This document shows, piece by piece, positions 1 to 9,276 of a stretch of DNA of 64,000 nucleotides (positions are counted from its first letter, which is position 1; every line of letters begins with the position of its first letter). The translations under genes were made by a program, and so were the position numbers. The notes under the pieces were generated by a model. It was not told where the DNA came from. It made no database searches and saw nothing but the letters and a program-made list of their open reading frames with translations. Origin of the DNA: an uncultured Clostridia bacterium (GTDB lineage: Bacteria > Bacillota > Clostridia > Christensenellales > UBA1242); contig CALVZE010000002.1 of the NCBI GenBank assembly GCA_944372445.1, forward strand, positions 37,175-101,174, written 5' to 3'.

Positions 1-1
1 T

Positions 2-340
2 GGAACTCCTCATGGGCTTGCCAACGCCATAATTTTACCTTATGTGTTAAAAAAATACGGCAAAAGCGCAGAGAGAAAACTTGCTAAACTTGCTAAAATT
101 TCTGGTGTTGCGTTAAAAGATGATAAAATAAAAATCGCTTCAAAAAAATTTATTTCTTATATTGAAGAACTTAATAAACATTTTGAAATTCCTGATAAAA
201 TAAAAGAGTTAAAGGAAGAAGATATAGATAAACTTTCTAAGCACGCAGAGCATGAGGCAAATCCTCTCTATCCTGTGCCGAGGTTGATGAGTAAAGAGGA
301 ATTAAAGGAAATTTATTTTGATTTGTTACCAAATAATTAA
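2..340 (+). CDS. iron-containing (group III) alcohol dehydrogenase, C-terminal fragment; the 5' end lies outside the window
   Basis: The frame is open from nt 2. Translation begins GTPHGLANAIILPYVLKKYG, a His-containing helix typical of Fe-ADHs. The track ORF 44..340 is only the part after an internal GTG. Confidence 0.7.
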   Translation, partial: GTPHGLANAIILPYVLKKYGKSAERKLAKLAKISGVALKDDKIKIASKKFISYIEELNKHFEIPDKIKELKEEDIDKLSKHAEHEANPLYPVPRLMSKEELKEIYFDLLPNN

Positions 341-372
341 TGGAATACAAAAATTAATTAAAAGGAAATATT

Positions 373-1737
373 ATGATTGAAGACATAGTTAAAGAACAAC
401 GAAAATTTTTTAAAACAGGTGCTACTTTATCTTATAAATTTAGATTAGATGCTTTGAAAAAACTAAAAGAAGCAATAATTAAAAATGAAAAAGAAATTAT
501 GGAAGCGCTTTCTTTGGACTTAGGAAAAAGTGCGACAGAAAGTTACATGTGTGAAATTGGTATGGTGTTAAGCGAACTTAGATATGCTATTCGTCATCTT
601 AAAAAATGGATGAAAAAAGATAAAGTCGCAACTCCTCTCGCTCAGTTTCCATCAAAAAGTTTTGTAGTTAAAGAGCCTCTTGGAGTGGTACTTGTTATGT
701 CGCCATGGAATTACCCATTTATGCTTGCCATTGACCCATTGATTGGTGCAATCAGTGCAGGAAATTGTGCAGTAGTTAAGCCTGCTAGTTACGCTAAAAA
801 CACTTCGCAAGCAATTAAGAAAGTGCTAGGTGAATGTTTTGATGATAGTTACATTTCTGTTGTTCTAGGAGGTCGCGAAGAAAATTCAGCGTTACTAGAA
901 CGGCGCTTTGACTATATCTTTTTCACAGGCAGTGTGAATGTTGGCAAATTAGTTGCTGAAAAGGCATCAAAAAATTTAACACCTGTCACTTTGGAGTTAG
1001 GTGGGAAAAGTCCGTGCGTTGTTGATAAAACTGCTAATTTAAAGATTAGTGCAAGGCGTCTTGCATTTGGAAAATTTTTGAATGTAGGTCAGACTTGTGT
1101 TGCGCCTGATTATCTTTTGATTGAAAAAAGTGTAAAAGATGAATTTTTAAAGTATTTTAAGGCTGAAATTGTTAAAATGTTCGGCTCTGAACCTTTGAAA
1201 AATGATAGCTATGGCAAGATAATCAATGAAAAACACTTTAAGCGTATATGTGGACTTATTGATAAAGATAAGGTTTGCTTTGGCGGTGAAAGTGATGAAA
1301 ACAGTTTAAAGATAGCTCCGACAATTTTAGATAATGTGACACTTGACGATGCTTGCATGAAAGAAGAAATTTTTGGGCCTATCATGCCAGTGTTGACATT
1401 TGAAAGTATTGAAGAAGCAACTTCTGTTATATCAAAATTTGAAAAGCCATTGGCTTTGTATCTCTTTTCAACAAATCAAAAAACTATCGACAAATTTCTA
1501 AACACTGTGCCTTTCGGTGGAGGTTGCATAAACGACACTATTATTCACCTTGCGACTACAAAAATGGGATTTGGCGGTGTTGGATATAGTGGATATGGTT
1601 CTTATCATGGTAAGAGAAGTTTCATGTTGTTCTCACATGAGAAAAGTATTGTTAAAAAGAGCCCTTCTATCGATTTGCCAATTCGTTATCAACCTTATTC
1701 TAAAACTAAGGACAGTCTTATTCGTAAATTTTTATAA
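373..1737 (+). CDS. NAD(P)+-dependent aldehyde dehydrogenase (class-3-like)
   Basis: 454 aa. Carries the ALDH catalytic motifs ELGGKSP (Glu) and GQTCVAPDY (Cys), plus EEIFGP. AGGAAA lies upstream of the ATG. Confidence 0.9.
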   Translation: MIEDIVKEQRKFFKTGATLSYKFRLDALKKLKEAIIKNEKEIMEALSLDLGKSATESYMCEIGMVLSELRYAIRHLKKWMKKDKVATPLAQFPSKSFVVKEPLGVVLVMSPWNYPFMLAIDPLIGAISAGNCAVVKPASYAKNTSQAIKKVLGECFDDSYISVVLGGREENSALLERRFDYIFFTGSVNVGKLVAEKASKNLTPVTLELGGKSPCVVDKTANLKISARRLAFGKFLNVGQTCVAPDYLLIEKSVKDEFLKYFKAEIVKMFGSEPLKNDSYGKIINEKHFKRICGLIDKDKVCFGGESDENSLKIAPTILDNVTLDDACMKEEIFGPIMPVLTFESIEEATSVISKFEKPLALYLFSTNQKTIDKFLNTVPFGGGCINDTIIHLATTKMGFGGVGYSGYGSYHGKRSFMLFSHEKSIVKKSPSIDLPIRYQPYSKTKDSLIRKFL

Positions 1738-1822
1738 TATATTTGCTTTCTATTATTTTCAATATTTTAACTTCTATAATCTTGAATATAATAGAAATTC
1801 AATTCTAATTTATAAAAATAAA

Positions 1823-1855
1823 AGCTATAACTTGTTGTTATAGCTTTCTTCTTTT
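1823..1855. terminator. bidirectional intrinsic terminator between the ALDH gene (+) and the Cys-rich ORF (-)
   Basis: 9-bp perfect stem agctataac/gttatagct (1823-1831 and 1837-1845) with a 5-nt loop. An A-run lies upstream and a T-run (1846-1855) downstream. Confidence 0.7.
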
Positions 1856-1862
1856 GTATATG

Positions 1863-2051
1863 TTATCGCTGAGAGTTTTGTCCTATCATATAGCCAATGA
1901 GGAACATTGTTAAATCATTATTGGGCTGACAACATGTTCGCTCTCTTACACAGTTCGGACAAGGTGGAATATATGGTTGACAAAAAGGAGGGGGACAACA
2001 CGGGCGTAAATTAACACAATCGCCCTGACAGTATTTTGTTGAATACTTCAT
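1863..2051 (-). CDS. small Cys/Pro-rich protein with a hydrophobic C-terminus, function unknown
   Basis: 62 aa with 9 Cys and 9 Pro between residues 8 and 43 (CC, CPPPFC, PPCPNC, TCC). A GGAGG Shine-Dalgarno (complement of 2058-2062) sits 6 nt before the ATG. The terminator lies immediately downstream. Confidence 0.6.
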   Translation of the reverse strand: MKYSTKYCQGDCVNLRPCCPPPFCQPYIPPCPNCVRERTCCQPNNDLTMFLIGYMIGQNSQR

Positions 2052-2194
2052 TTTGTGCCTCCATTATCATTATATATTGATTAGAAAAAAATGTTAAAAC
2101 AAAATCTTTAATTGCCATTACACAAGTTAGATTTTTAATTTTAAGATAGTATTTTTTATAAATTTCAAGCATATGATGATACAGGGAGAAGAAT

Positions 2195-2797
2195 ATGGTC
2201 GAGTTTTTTGTAGATAATTTTTCTGGTTGTGTCTTTTTGGCGGTTATACTTATGGCGCTTATTCCGACCATTGAAAGCAAAATCGCTATTCCATTTGGAC
2301 TTTCCTATGCTATTTGGGGTGAGGCAACATTATCGCCAATTGTTGCGTTCATTTGTGCATATATAGGTTCAATGCTTCCTAGTATTTTTATTATACTTAT
2401 TGTCAGAAAGATTAAAAATCGAACAAGTGGCTTCGTTTGTGACAAGTTAATAAATTATGCAGAAAGTAAATACCATAAAAAATTAGAAGCACTTTCTTCA
2501 AAATCAAAAACTTTCTATAAACTCTCTTCGCTTGCGCTTTTTGTGGCAGTGCCTTTACCTCTAACCGGGGTGTATAGCGGAAGTTTGATTGCAGGTTTAA
2601 GCAATCTAAAAATCTATCAAGCTTTTATAGCAATAGCTATTGGAGAATTCATATCTTGCCTTGCGATAACGCTACTTTGTGTTCTTTTTGAAAATTCCAC
2701 TTTGTTAATACTTCTTGCTTCGCTTATAATACTTGCAATATTTATAGTTTTTGACATTGTTTTCATGCTTGTAAAAAGACAAAAGAAGGTGAGTTAA
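2195..2797 (+). CDS. small multidrug export-like membrane protein (COG2426-type)
   Basis: 200 aa and polytopic. IESKIAIPFGL and PLPLTGVYSGSLIAG resemble the two conserved segments of that family. A GGGAGAAG SD lies upstream. Confidence 0.55.
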   Translation: MVEFFVDNFSGCVFLAVILMALIPTIESKIAIPFGLSYAIWGEATLSPIVAFICAYIGSMLPSIFIILIVRKIKNRTSGFVCDKLINYAESKYHKKLEALSSKSKTFYKLSSLALFVAVPLPLTGVYSGSLIAGLSNLKIYQAFIAIAIGEFISCLAITLLCVLFENSTLLILLASLIILAIFIVFDIVFMLVKRQKKVS

Positions 2798-2804
2798 CCT
2801 TCTT

Positions 2805-4340
2805 TTACTTTGCATATTTTTTATAAATAAGTTTAGTTGTGTAGTAATTAATAGGGAACACGATTAGTAGGGCGCAGATAGGAACGAGGAGCGAAGTAAG
2901 GTAGCTTGCCATGGTTTCAGCTGTCATGCCAAAGCAAATATTTAGGACAAACACAATAACTGACGCCAGCAAAAATACGACAAAATTTATTATTGCATTG
3001 TATTTTAAAGTTGCCTTTCGACTGACAACGCATTTGTATCTAATGAAAAGTATTATTGCATAAACGGCGAAAAGCGCAGGCACTGTGTAGTATAAAAAGT
3101 TAGAAGTAGGCATGAGATTGCCTGTGGCACTTGCTATCCAATAAATTAGTGCAGAACTTATGGCTGAAAGAACAAACAAGATTATTGAAGAGATGAATTT
3201 AAGGAAATTGGTGTTATGTTTGCGTTCCACAACGGTGCGCTTGTATTCTTTAAACTCTAAGCCATGGCTATTATAATAGTTTTTCAGCGCTTCATAGTCT
3301 GCAAAAGTATTTGTCACGCGTTCAACTTTCTGCACCTTAACTTCTTGATTTTCGGCTTTTTCAGCCTTCTTTTCCATGATTTTAGATACCATGTCATTGT
3401 AAGTTGGTTCTAACTTGCTGTCACGCATAGGCGCCGGTAAGTTTTCATCTGAAACATTGATTTCAATATTAGGCGGGGTAATACGCTTTTGATAAGGTAT
3501 ATAGTCAAGTTTCTCTGTGATGAATGTGGCGTCATCTTTGACTTCCACCACCTCTTGCTGAGGTTTGGTGAATATATCATCGTCAGTTGATTTGTTGACC
3601 ATGTTTGAATAGTTATTGTCATAGTGGCTTTGTTTTGAGGCGAGAAGTGATGCTTTCAAACTTGCCACTTTCTCTTCAAAATCATCTTCTTTTTTCTCAT
3701 AAACAACAGGCATTTCAATTTGGTTGTCTGAAAAACTTTTGCGACTGCGGTATTTTTTTAATTCGCTGGAAGAGTCGTATATTTTTTTGTTTTGAGCAAG
3801 TTGCAAAGGAGTAAGCGTTTCGTTGGCATCAAGGAACTTTCCGTCATCTTTTTCTTCCTCTTCCTTTTTAAAGGTGAAAAAATCTATTTGATTGTCAACG
3901 ACATCATTTTCTACTTCCTTATCTTCAACTTTTACAGGTTCTTTTGGTTCATCGGGTTTAGCATAATCAAATAAATTTTTCTGCTCCAAAAATAACGGTT
4001 TTTGCTCTGTTTCCTCTTCTTCCTCTTCTCTTTCATTTAAGACTTCAAAGTTAATTCCTTCAAATTCTTTTCTTAAAATTTCCAAATTTTCTTTACCTTC
4101 ATTTGTCAAGGCGTAGTAATGTCTTTTGCCACCAAATTCGCTTTCACCCCAAAAGGAGGAAGACACCAAGCCTTTCTTTTCAAGACGAGTAAGACACGAG
4201 TAAAGAGTGGGCTTTTTTAATATATAGCCTCCATGAGTTTTCTTTGTGATATATTCGATGATTTCTAGTCCGTATTTTGACCCCTCTGATAACGAATCTA
4301 AAATCAAATATTGCACTTGACCGTTGGAAGTAAAAGCCAT
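2805..4340 (-). CDS. PadR-family transcriptional regulator fused to an acidic linker and a 4-TM C-terminal domain
   Basis: The N-terminus has a PadR winged-helix signature (YGLEIIEYI..LYSCLTRLEKKGLV..YYALTNEGK). An E/D/K-rich low-complexity region follows, then about four hydrophobic helices. The start is probably the second Met (4340), which has GGAGG 5 nt upstream; the track start is 4352. Confidence 0.75.
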   Translation of the reverse strand: MAFTSNGQVQYLILDSLSEGSKYGLEIIEYITKKTHGGYILKKPTLYSCLTRLEKKGLVSSSFWGESEFGGKRHYYALTNEGKENLEILRKEFEGINFEVLNEREEEEEETEQKPLFLEQKNLFDYAKPDEPKEPVKVEDKEVENDVVDNQIDFFTFKKEEEEKDDGKFLDANETLTPLQLAQNKKIYDSSSELKKYRSRKSFSDNQIEMPVVYEKKEDDFEEKVASLKASLLASKQSHYDNNYSNMVNKSTDDDIFTKPQQEVVEVKDDATFITEKLDYIPYQKRITPPNIEINVSDENLPAPMRDSKLEPTYNDMVSKIMEKKAEKAENQEVKVQKVERVTNTFADYEALKNYYNSHGLEFKEYKRTVVERKHNTNFLKFISSIILFVLSAISSALIYWIASATGNLMPTSNFLYYTVPALFAVYAIILFIRYKCVVSRKATLKYNAIINFVVFLLASVIVFVLNICFGMTAETMASYLTSLLVPICALLIVFPINYYTTKLIYKKYAK

Positions 4341-4514
4341 AAGAACCTCCATTTATTTAAATTATATAGTTAATATAAAAATTTGTCAAACAAAAATCCA
4401 TAGTATTATGCAAAAATTTTTTATTGCATAACACCACAATATATAGTGTAGTATGACAAAAGGTGTAACAATATGTGCATTTTGATGTTATGACTATTTA
4501 TTTTTGCAATTCAT

Positions 4515-4543
4515 TTGCATTAAAAATGAAAGCATGCTAAAAT
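4515..4543 (+). promoter_or_regulatory. sigma-A-type promoter whose -10 box ends 7 nt before the ATG at 4551 (candidate leaderless transcript)
   Basis: TTGCAT (4515-4520), a 17-nt spacer, then TGcTAAAAT (extended -10, 4535-4543). No SD lies between the -10 box and the ATG. Confidence 0.45.
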
Positions 4544-4550
4544 ATAAAGC

Positions 4551-5180
4551 ATGGAAATTAAAATAGTTAAAGAATCAAGAAAAACTTTGCTTCTTAGAAT
4601 TAAATCGGAAAATATTATTTTAATTAAAGCGCCTTTGAAATGTTCCGATATGAGTATTCAAAAGTTTTTAGATTCTAAAAAAGGTTGGATTGAAAAACAT
4701 ATTGCAAAAATAAAAATGCTAGATAACTTTGCAAAAAGCTTTGATTTTGATAATTTAATTTATGAAAATGCTATACCTATTATGGAAACTAAAAATATTA
4801 GGCTCGACTATGAAAAATTGTCTAGCAATAACAAGTTGAAGTCTATTAAAAATCAATATTTATCTATGTTTTCAGTCTTGAAGGATAGGACTATCTTTTT
4901 AGCACAAAAATTCGGTTTTAACATAGACAAAATTTCGTCTTGTTCTTCTACTGTTAAGTGGGGTTCTTATAGCTCCGCGGGTGAGCTGAAACTTAATTAT
5001 AAACTAATCATTTTGCCGGCAAATCTAGTAGATTATGTAATTGTTCATGAACTTTGTCATATAAAACACATGAATCACAAACCTCAATTTTGGAAAGAAG
5101 TTGAAAGATATTATCCTGACTACAAGAAAGCACGCAAGGAGATGAAACTATATTCTTTTGTTTTAAAAACAAAGTTTTAG
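4551..5180 (+). CDS. YgjP-like (DUF45 / M48-like) zinc metallohydrolase
   Basis: 209 aa with HELCHIKHMNHKPQFW, an HExxH zinc motif in the context typical of the family. Confidence 0.75.
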   Translation: MEIKIVKESRKTLLLRIKSENIILIKAPLKCSDMSIQKFLDSKKGWIEKHIAKIKMLDNFAKSFDFDNLIYENAIPIMETKNIRLDYEKLSSNNKLKSIKNQYLSMFSVLKDRTIFLAQKFGFNIDKISSCSSTVKWGSYSSAGELKLNYKLIILPANLVDYVIVHELCHIKHMNHKPQFWKEVERYYPDYKKARKEMKLYSFVLKTKF

Positions 5181-5196
5181 ACATATTTTTGCCATT

Positions 5197-6399
5197 ATGC
5201 AAGATAATAAACATATGAAAAAGAAAAATTTTTGGATTTCATATGTTTTTTTATGGATGACTTGCCTTATGCTCATCATTATGCCTGTCATCAATATCTT
5301 CCAAATGGAAGGCGATTTTTTGACAAGCTATGAAGATATTAAATCGGCGAATTCCAATAAGCTTTTTGGCTCTTATATAACAGGACAACTCGTTGAGCAT
5401 GATCAAAAGGTAGATACAGGAAATGCAAAAAGTGGAGAGATTGTTTTTAAACTTTTTGGTTTTATTCCTATTCGAAAATTAGAGGTTGTCATGGTTGATG
5501 ATGACGACTATTATATAGGAGGCGCTCCTATCGGGCTTTCTATTTCCACCGATGGCGTTATTGTAATTAGTGATGAGGCGGGAAGCTGTTTAAAAGAGGG
5601 TGATATAATCACAGAAATTAACGGCGAAAAAATTGACGATGTAGATGATATTGAAAGAGCTTTATCTGTCGGCGATGAAGCAGAAGTGACATTTTTAAGA
5701 AAAAATAAAGAAACGCGGGCGCTTGTTAAAGTTTTAAAGGAGAAAGATTCTTTAAAGCTTGGACTTGTTGTCAAAGACAATATAACAGGTGTTGGCACGC
5801 TGACTTTTGTAAATAAAGATACCGGCGAATATGGAGCGCTCGGTCACGCGGTTGTTGATGAAGCGGGAGGAAATGTCGTTCCTGTTAAGGGCGGCAAGGT
5901 TTATAGTTGCAATTTGATAGGTATAAACAAAGGACAGAAAAATAATCCCGGGCAACTTCGTTGTCTATTCTTGCAAAATGGGAAAAACAAGGGCGATATA
6001 GTTAGTAATGGTAAATTTGGAATAAATGGAACGATGAAAAATGTCGACGGTTTGGTGGATGAAAATCTAACAGCAAAATTAGGCGGAAGATTGTCGGTTA
6101 CGCCTGGCAAAGCTACAATAGTTTCTGATATTAGCGGAATTAAAGAAGAATACGAAATTGAAATTATAAAGGCTAACTATCAAAAGAAAGCTAACGATAA
6201 AAGCTTGGTGTTTAGAGTGAAAGATAAAAGGCTTCTAAGTTTGACAGGAGGTATTGTTCAAGGAATGAGCGGTTCGCCTATTATGCAAAACGGAAAGATT
6301 GTCGGCGCGGTTACTCATGTGTTTTTGTCTGACCCGACAAAGGGTTACGGGGTGTATGTGGATTGGATGAAAACTGGGACAGACACCAACTGCGCTTAA
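5197..6399 (+). CDS. spoIVB: stage IV sporulation protein B (S55 signalling serine peptidase with a PDZ domain)
   Basis: 400 aa with an N-terminal TM segment. A PDZ-like segment (GDIITEINGEKIDD) is present, and the S55 region contains GALGH and GMSGSPI. An alternative start is the ATG at 5215. Confidence 0.85.
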   Translation: MQDNKHMKKKNFWISYVFLWMTCLMLIIMPVINIFQMEGDFLTSYEDIKSANSNKLFGSYITGQLVEHDQKVDTGNAKSGEIVFKLFGFIPIRKLEVVMVDDDDYYIGGAPIGLSISTDGVIVISDEAGSCLKEGDIITEINGEKIDDVDDIERALSVGDEAEVTFLRKNKETRALVKVLKEKDSLKLGLVVKDNITGVGTLTFVNKDTGEYGALGHAVVDEAGGNVVPVKGGKVYSCNLIGINKGQKNNPGQLRCLFLQNGKNKGDIVSNGKFGINGTMKNVDGLVDENLTAKLGGRLSVTPGKATIVSDISGIKEEYEIEIIKANYQKKANDKSLVFRVKDKRLLSLTGGIVQGMSGSPIMQNGKIVGAVTHVFLSDPTKGYGVYVDWMKTGTDTNCA

Positions 6400-6621
6400 C
6401 GCCGACACGGGAAGAAATATCTTCCCTAACGGCTACTTCGTTGGTTTCTCTTCCCAGTCCTCTTCCATGTAAGTGATTTTCAATTTGTGCTTCGCCGAGC
6501 TAAGCTCTACACTTCGCAAAATTGAAAATTGATTTAAGAATGCGTAAGCAAAGAGGTGACGCTGTCGCTACTTAAAGTGGTTTTGATTAGAGAATAGTGG
6601 CAATGCCACAACTGCGCTTAA
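6387..6621. repeat. 13-nt exact direct repeat (caactgcgcttaa) bracketing a 209-bp hairpin-rich non-coding block (6400-6608); repeat starts are 222 bp apart
   Basis: Copy 1 (6387-6399) is the last codons plus the stop of spoIVB. Copy 2 is at 6609-6621. The block between them contains hairpins, for example gggaaga-aata-tcttccc at 6409-6426. Confidence 0.5.
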
Positions 6622-6904
6622 TTTCGACTTTTGTCTTTCGCCAAAAGTCTTACCATTCGCTTGTTTTCGCCGACGGGGTTCCCCGAAAGTGCTTGTCACT
6701 TTTGGGGTAAATTCAGCGACCAAACGCAGGTATTACCTGTCATCCTGAGCCACGAACGAAGTGAGTGTGTCGAAGGATCTAAGAAAATATGGTTTGACAA
6801 ACGAGATATTACGACCGATGTTCACATTTTAAATATCATAGCTAATTCAAAGTATCGAAGAGAAAACATTTTACTTTTTTTTGTCATTTTGTTATAATTA
6901 AAAT

Positions 6905-7945
6905 ATGAAAACACTTTCATATTTTGAAAAACGCGATTTAAATAATATGGAAAAGATTGGCTCATATTTAAGCGACTTGCCTGAATATTGCTATGATTTT
7001 TTCACAGGTATGGAACTTTCGACTTCATCACTCACTCGCTTAAACTATGCTATGGATTTGGCTATTTTTTATGACTATTTATCTCGTTATATTTTCAATA
7101 AGAAAAAAGAGGAGATAACACTTCTCGACTTAGATAAACTTGAAGCAAAAGATATTGAAAGTTATCTATCTTATTTAAGTTACTATGTTGTTGATGATAA
7201 GGTTTATCGTAACACTGAAAACGGCAAAGCAAGAAAACTTGCCAGCGTTCGTAGTTTTTTTAAATATTTATTTAACCATGATTTAATATCGAAAAATGTT
7301 GTCAGCAAAGTTCCAACGCCAAAACTTCACACAAAGGGTATTGTAAGGCTAGAAAATGATGAGGTGGAGAGATTGCTTGATGCTGTTCAAGCTCCAACAA
7401 CATTTACCGAAAGGCAGAAAAACTACAATAAAAACACAAAAATTCGCGACAATGCCATGGTAACACTGTTTTTAGGCACAGGCATAAGAGTAAGCGAGCT
7501 TGTAGGGCTTAATGTTGAGGATTTTGATTTTTCACAAAATGCCTTCAAAGTGACAAGAAAAGGTGGCAATCAGACTATTCTTTACTATCCAAATGAGGTT
7601 AAATATGCGCTAGAAGAGTGGCTGACTATAAGAGAAACACTGCCTATTGATAAAGAGGAAAAAGCACTCTTTCTATCTCTCCAAAACAAGCGTATTTGCA
7701 CACGGGCGGTAGAAAATATCGTTAAAAAATTTGCTTATGAAAGCTCCCCACTCAAAAAGATAACTCCACATAAGCTTCGCTCTACCTTTGGCACAAACCT
7801 GTATAGAGAAACTAACGATATTTATATTGTTGCTGATGTTTTAGGGCATAAAGATGTCAACACAACAAAGAAGCATTATGCGGCAATCAGTGACGATTTA
7901 AGACGAAATGTCGCAAAGAAAGTTAAGATAGGGTATGATGAATAA
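6905..7945 (+). CDS. tyrosine-type site-specific recombinase (XerC/XerD/integrase family)
   Basis: 346 aa. The C-terminal catalytic region has HKLRSTFGTNLY and LGHKDVNTTKKHY (His/Arg/Tyr motifs). The N-terminal part is SAM-like. Confidence 0.85.
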   Translation: MKTLSYFEKRDLNNMEKIGSYLSDLPEYCYDFFTGMELSTSSLTRLNYAMDLAIFYDYLSRYIFNKKKEEITLLDLDKLEAKDIESYLSYLSYYVVDDKVYRNTENGKARKLASVRSFFKYLFNHDLISKNVVSKVPTPKLHTKGIVRLENDEVERLLDAVQAPTTFTERQKNYNKNTKIRDNAMVTLFLGTGIRVSELVGLNVEDFDFSQNAFKVTRKGGNQTILYYPNEVKYALEEWLTIRETLPIDKEEKALFLSLQNKRICTRAVENIVKKFAYESSPLKKITPHKLRSTFGTNLYRETNDIYIVADVLGHKDVNTTKKHYAAISDDLRRNVAKKVKIGYDE

Positions 7946-8207
7946 AAACACAAATAATACAAATTGTTGTGACAAAGCCACCATTGTAACAGTTTTTGCC
8001 TATGTTATGCTATCGCAAGAGAGTGAAGTGCTTGCTGTCTATTTTTTAAGTTGAAATAAAAAACTTGAAGTCGCAATAAGCACGAAGCCCTACTTCAGTT
8101 TAAGCTTATTCTATCAAAAATCTCAAAAAATGACAAGATTTTCTTAATTTTTTTGTCTTTTTCTTTATATATTTGTTTTTTTATTGTTTATTTGATAAAA
8201 TAACATT

Positions 8208-8768
8208 ATGGGATTTGAAATTAAGATAATTGAATTTTTACAGGCAGGAAGAACGCCATTCTTTGACGCTTCGTTTCAAGTGATTTCATTGATTGGAAGC
8301 TATGTGGGAGCAGTTGCACTTGTTTTATTCTTTTTGTTTTTTAAAAGAAAATACGCGTTTTTCTTTCTTTTAACTTATGGCTTTGCCTACCTTACGCAAT
8401 CAATCATGAAAAACGCCATAATGAGAGAGCGACCTTTCAATGTCAGTGACACAATTGTGGACATCGGCGACACGGTTACAAGTTTCAGTATGCCTAGCGG
8501 ACATGTTGTATGTGCTACGCTTATTGCAATTTTCTTAGGTGCCTATCTCTTTTCAATCTATAAGAAAAAAGGTTCGCGTGCGCTTATCACTCTTACGCTT
8601 GTTGTCTATGTAGGGTTAGTTATGCTGTCGCGGATGTATCTTGGAAAACACTTTTTGACGGATGTTTTAGCGGGTGCAGGCGTAGCTGTCATCTTTGGAG
8701 TGTTAGGACTTCTTCTTATGTATTTCTACGACAAAAAGAAAAAGATTAAAAAGTCAGACACGCAATAG
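8208..8768 (+). CDS. PAP2-family membrane phosphatase (undecaprenyl-diphosphatase-like)
   Basis: All three PAP2 motifs are present: KNAIMRERPF, PSGH and SRMYLGKHFLTD. Polytopic membrane protein. Confidence 0.8.
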   Translation: MGFEIKIIEFLQAGRTPFFDASFQVISLIGSYVGAVALVLFFLFFKRKYAFFFLLTYGFAYLTQSIMKNAIMRERPFNVSDTIVDIGDTVTSFSMPSGHVVCATLIAIFLGAYLFSIYKKKGSRALITLTLVVYVGLVMLSRMYLGKHFLTDVLAGAGVAVIFGVLGLLLMYFYDKKKKIKKSDTQ

Positions 8769-8829
8769 AAAATTGTTGCATTTATTTTGTTTTAGTTGTG
8801 ATATAATAGGTTAGATTTAAGGGAAAATT

Positions 8830-9276
8830 ATGAAAATTCAAATGGATGTTTTTAATGTTAGGCAACTTGATTATTTTGCGAGAGCTTTTAGCAAGCTTGT
8901 TAAGCCTCCAATGGTAATTCTTCTTGTTGGAGATTTGGGAAGTGGAAAGACTACTTTTGTTAAAAGTCTAGCAAAGTATTTAGGTAGCGATGCCGAAGTG
9001 ACAAGTCCAACTTTCACACTGTTAAATGAATATGACGGAAAGTTTCCTATCTATCATTTTGATATGTATAGGCTTTCTTCTATGGAAGAAGCGGTGGCTG
9101 TCGGCTTTGAGGAATATTTTGATAAGTCTAAACTTGATGGCGTTTCTATTGTGGAATGGCCCGAAAATGTTGAAGGACTTATTAATGATGTCGATTTTGT
9201 GATAAAGATTGATAAACTTGATGATAATTCAAGAAAAATTACTTTGACGGAGGGGAAAGATGTTACTTGCAATTAA
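8830..9276 (+). CDS. tsaE: tRNA t6A37 biosynthesis ATPase TsaE
   Basis: 148 aa with the P-loop GDLGSGKTTF and the SPTFTL motif. It is followed by tsaB with a 17-nt overlap. Confidence 0.85.
   Translation: MKIQMDVFNVRQLDYFARAFSKLVKPPMVILLVGDLGSGKTTFVKSLAKYLGSDAEVTSPTFTLLNEYDGKFPIYHFDMYRLSSMEEAVAVGFEEYFDKSKLDGVSIVEWPENVEGLINDVDFVIKIDKLDDNSRKITLTEGKDVTCN

Noticed and set aside
3410-3974. Short ORFs on either strand inside the PadR gene (3410..3622, 3605..3814, 3792..3974). Similar nested or antisense ORFs occur throughout the track, for example 5511..6110, 9054..9513, 11294..11963, 12456..12824, 16180..18417, 22030..23027, 33373..34547, 44555..47169, 57613..59194 and 61070..62569.
   Set aside because: Each lies wholly within a longer ORF that has recognisable family motifs. 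They lack an SD and have low-complexity or biased composition typical of off-frame translation of A+T-rich coding DNA.
6631-6897. 88-aa ORF in the spoIVB-recombinase spacer
   Set aside because: It has no SD and a TTG-type start. It runs across hairpin-rich non-coding repeats and into the promoter of the next gene. The translation has no protein-like features.
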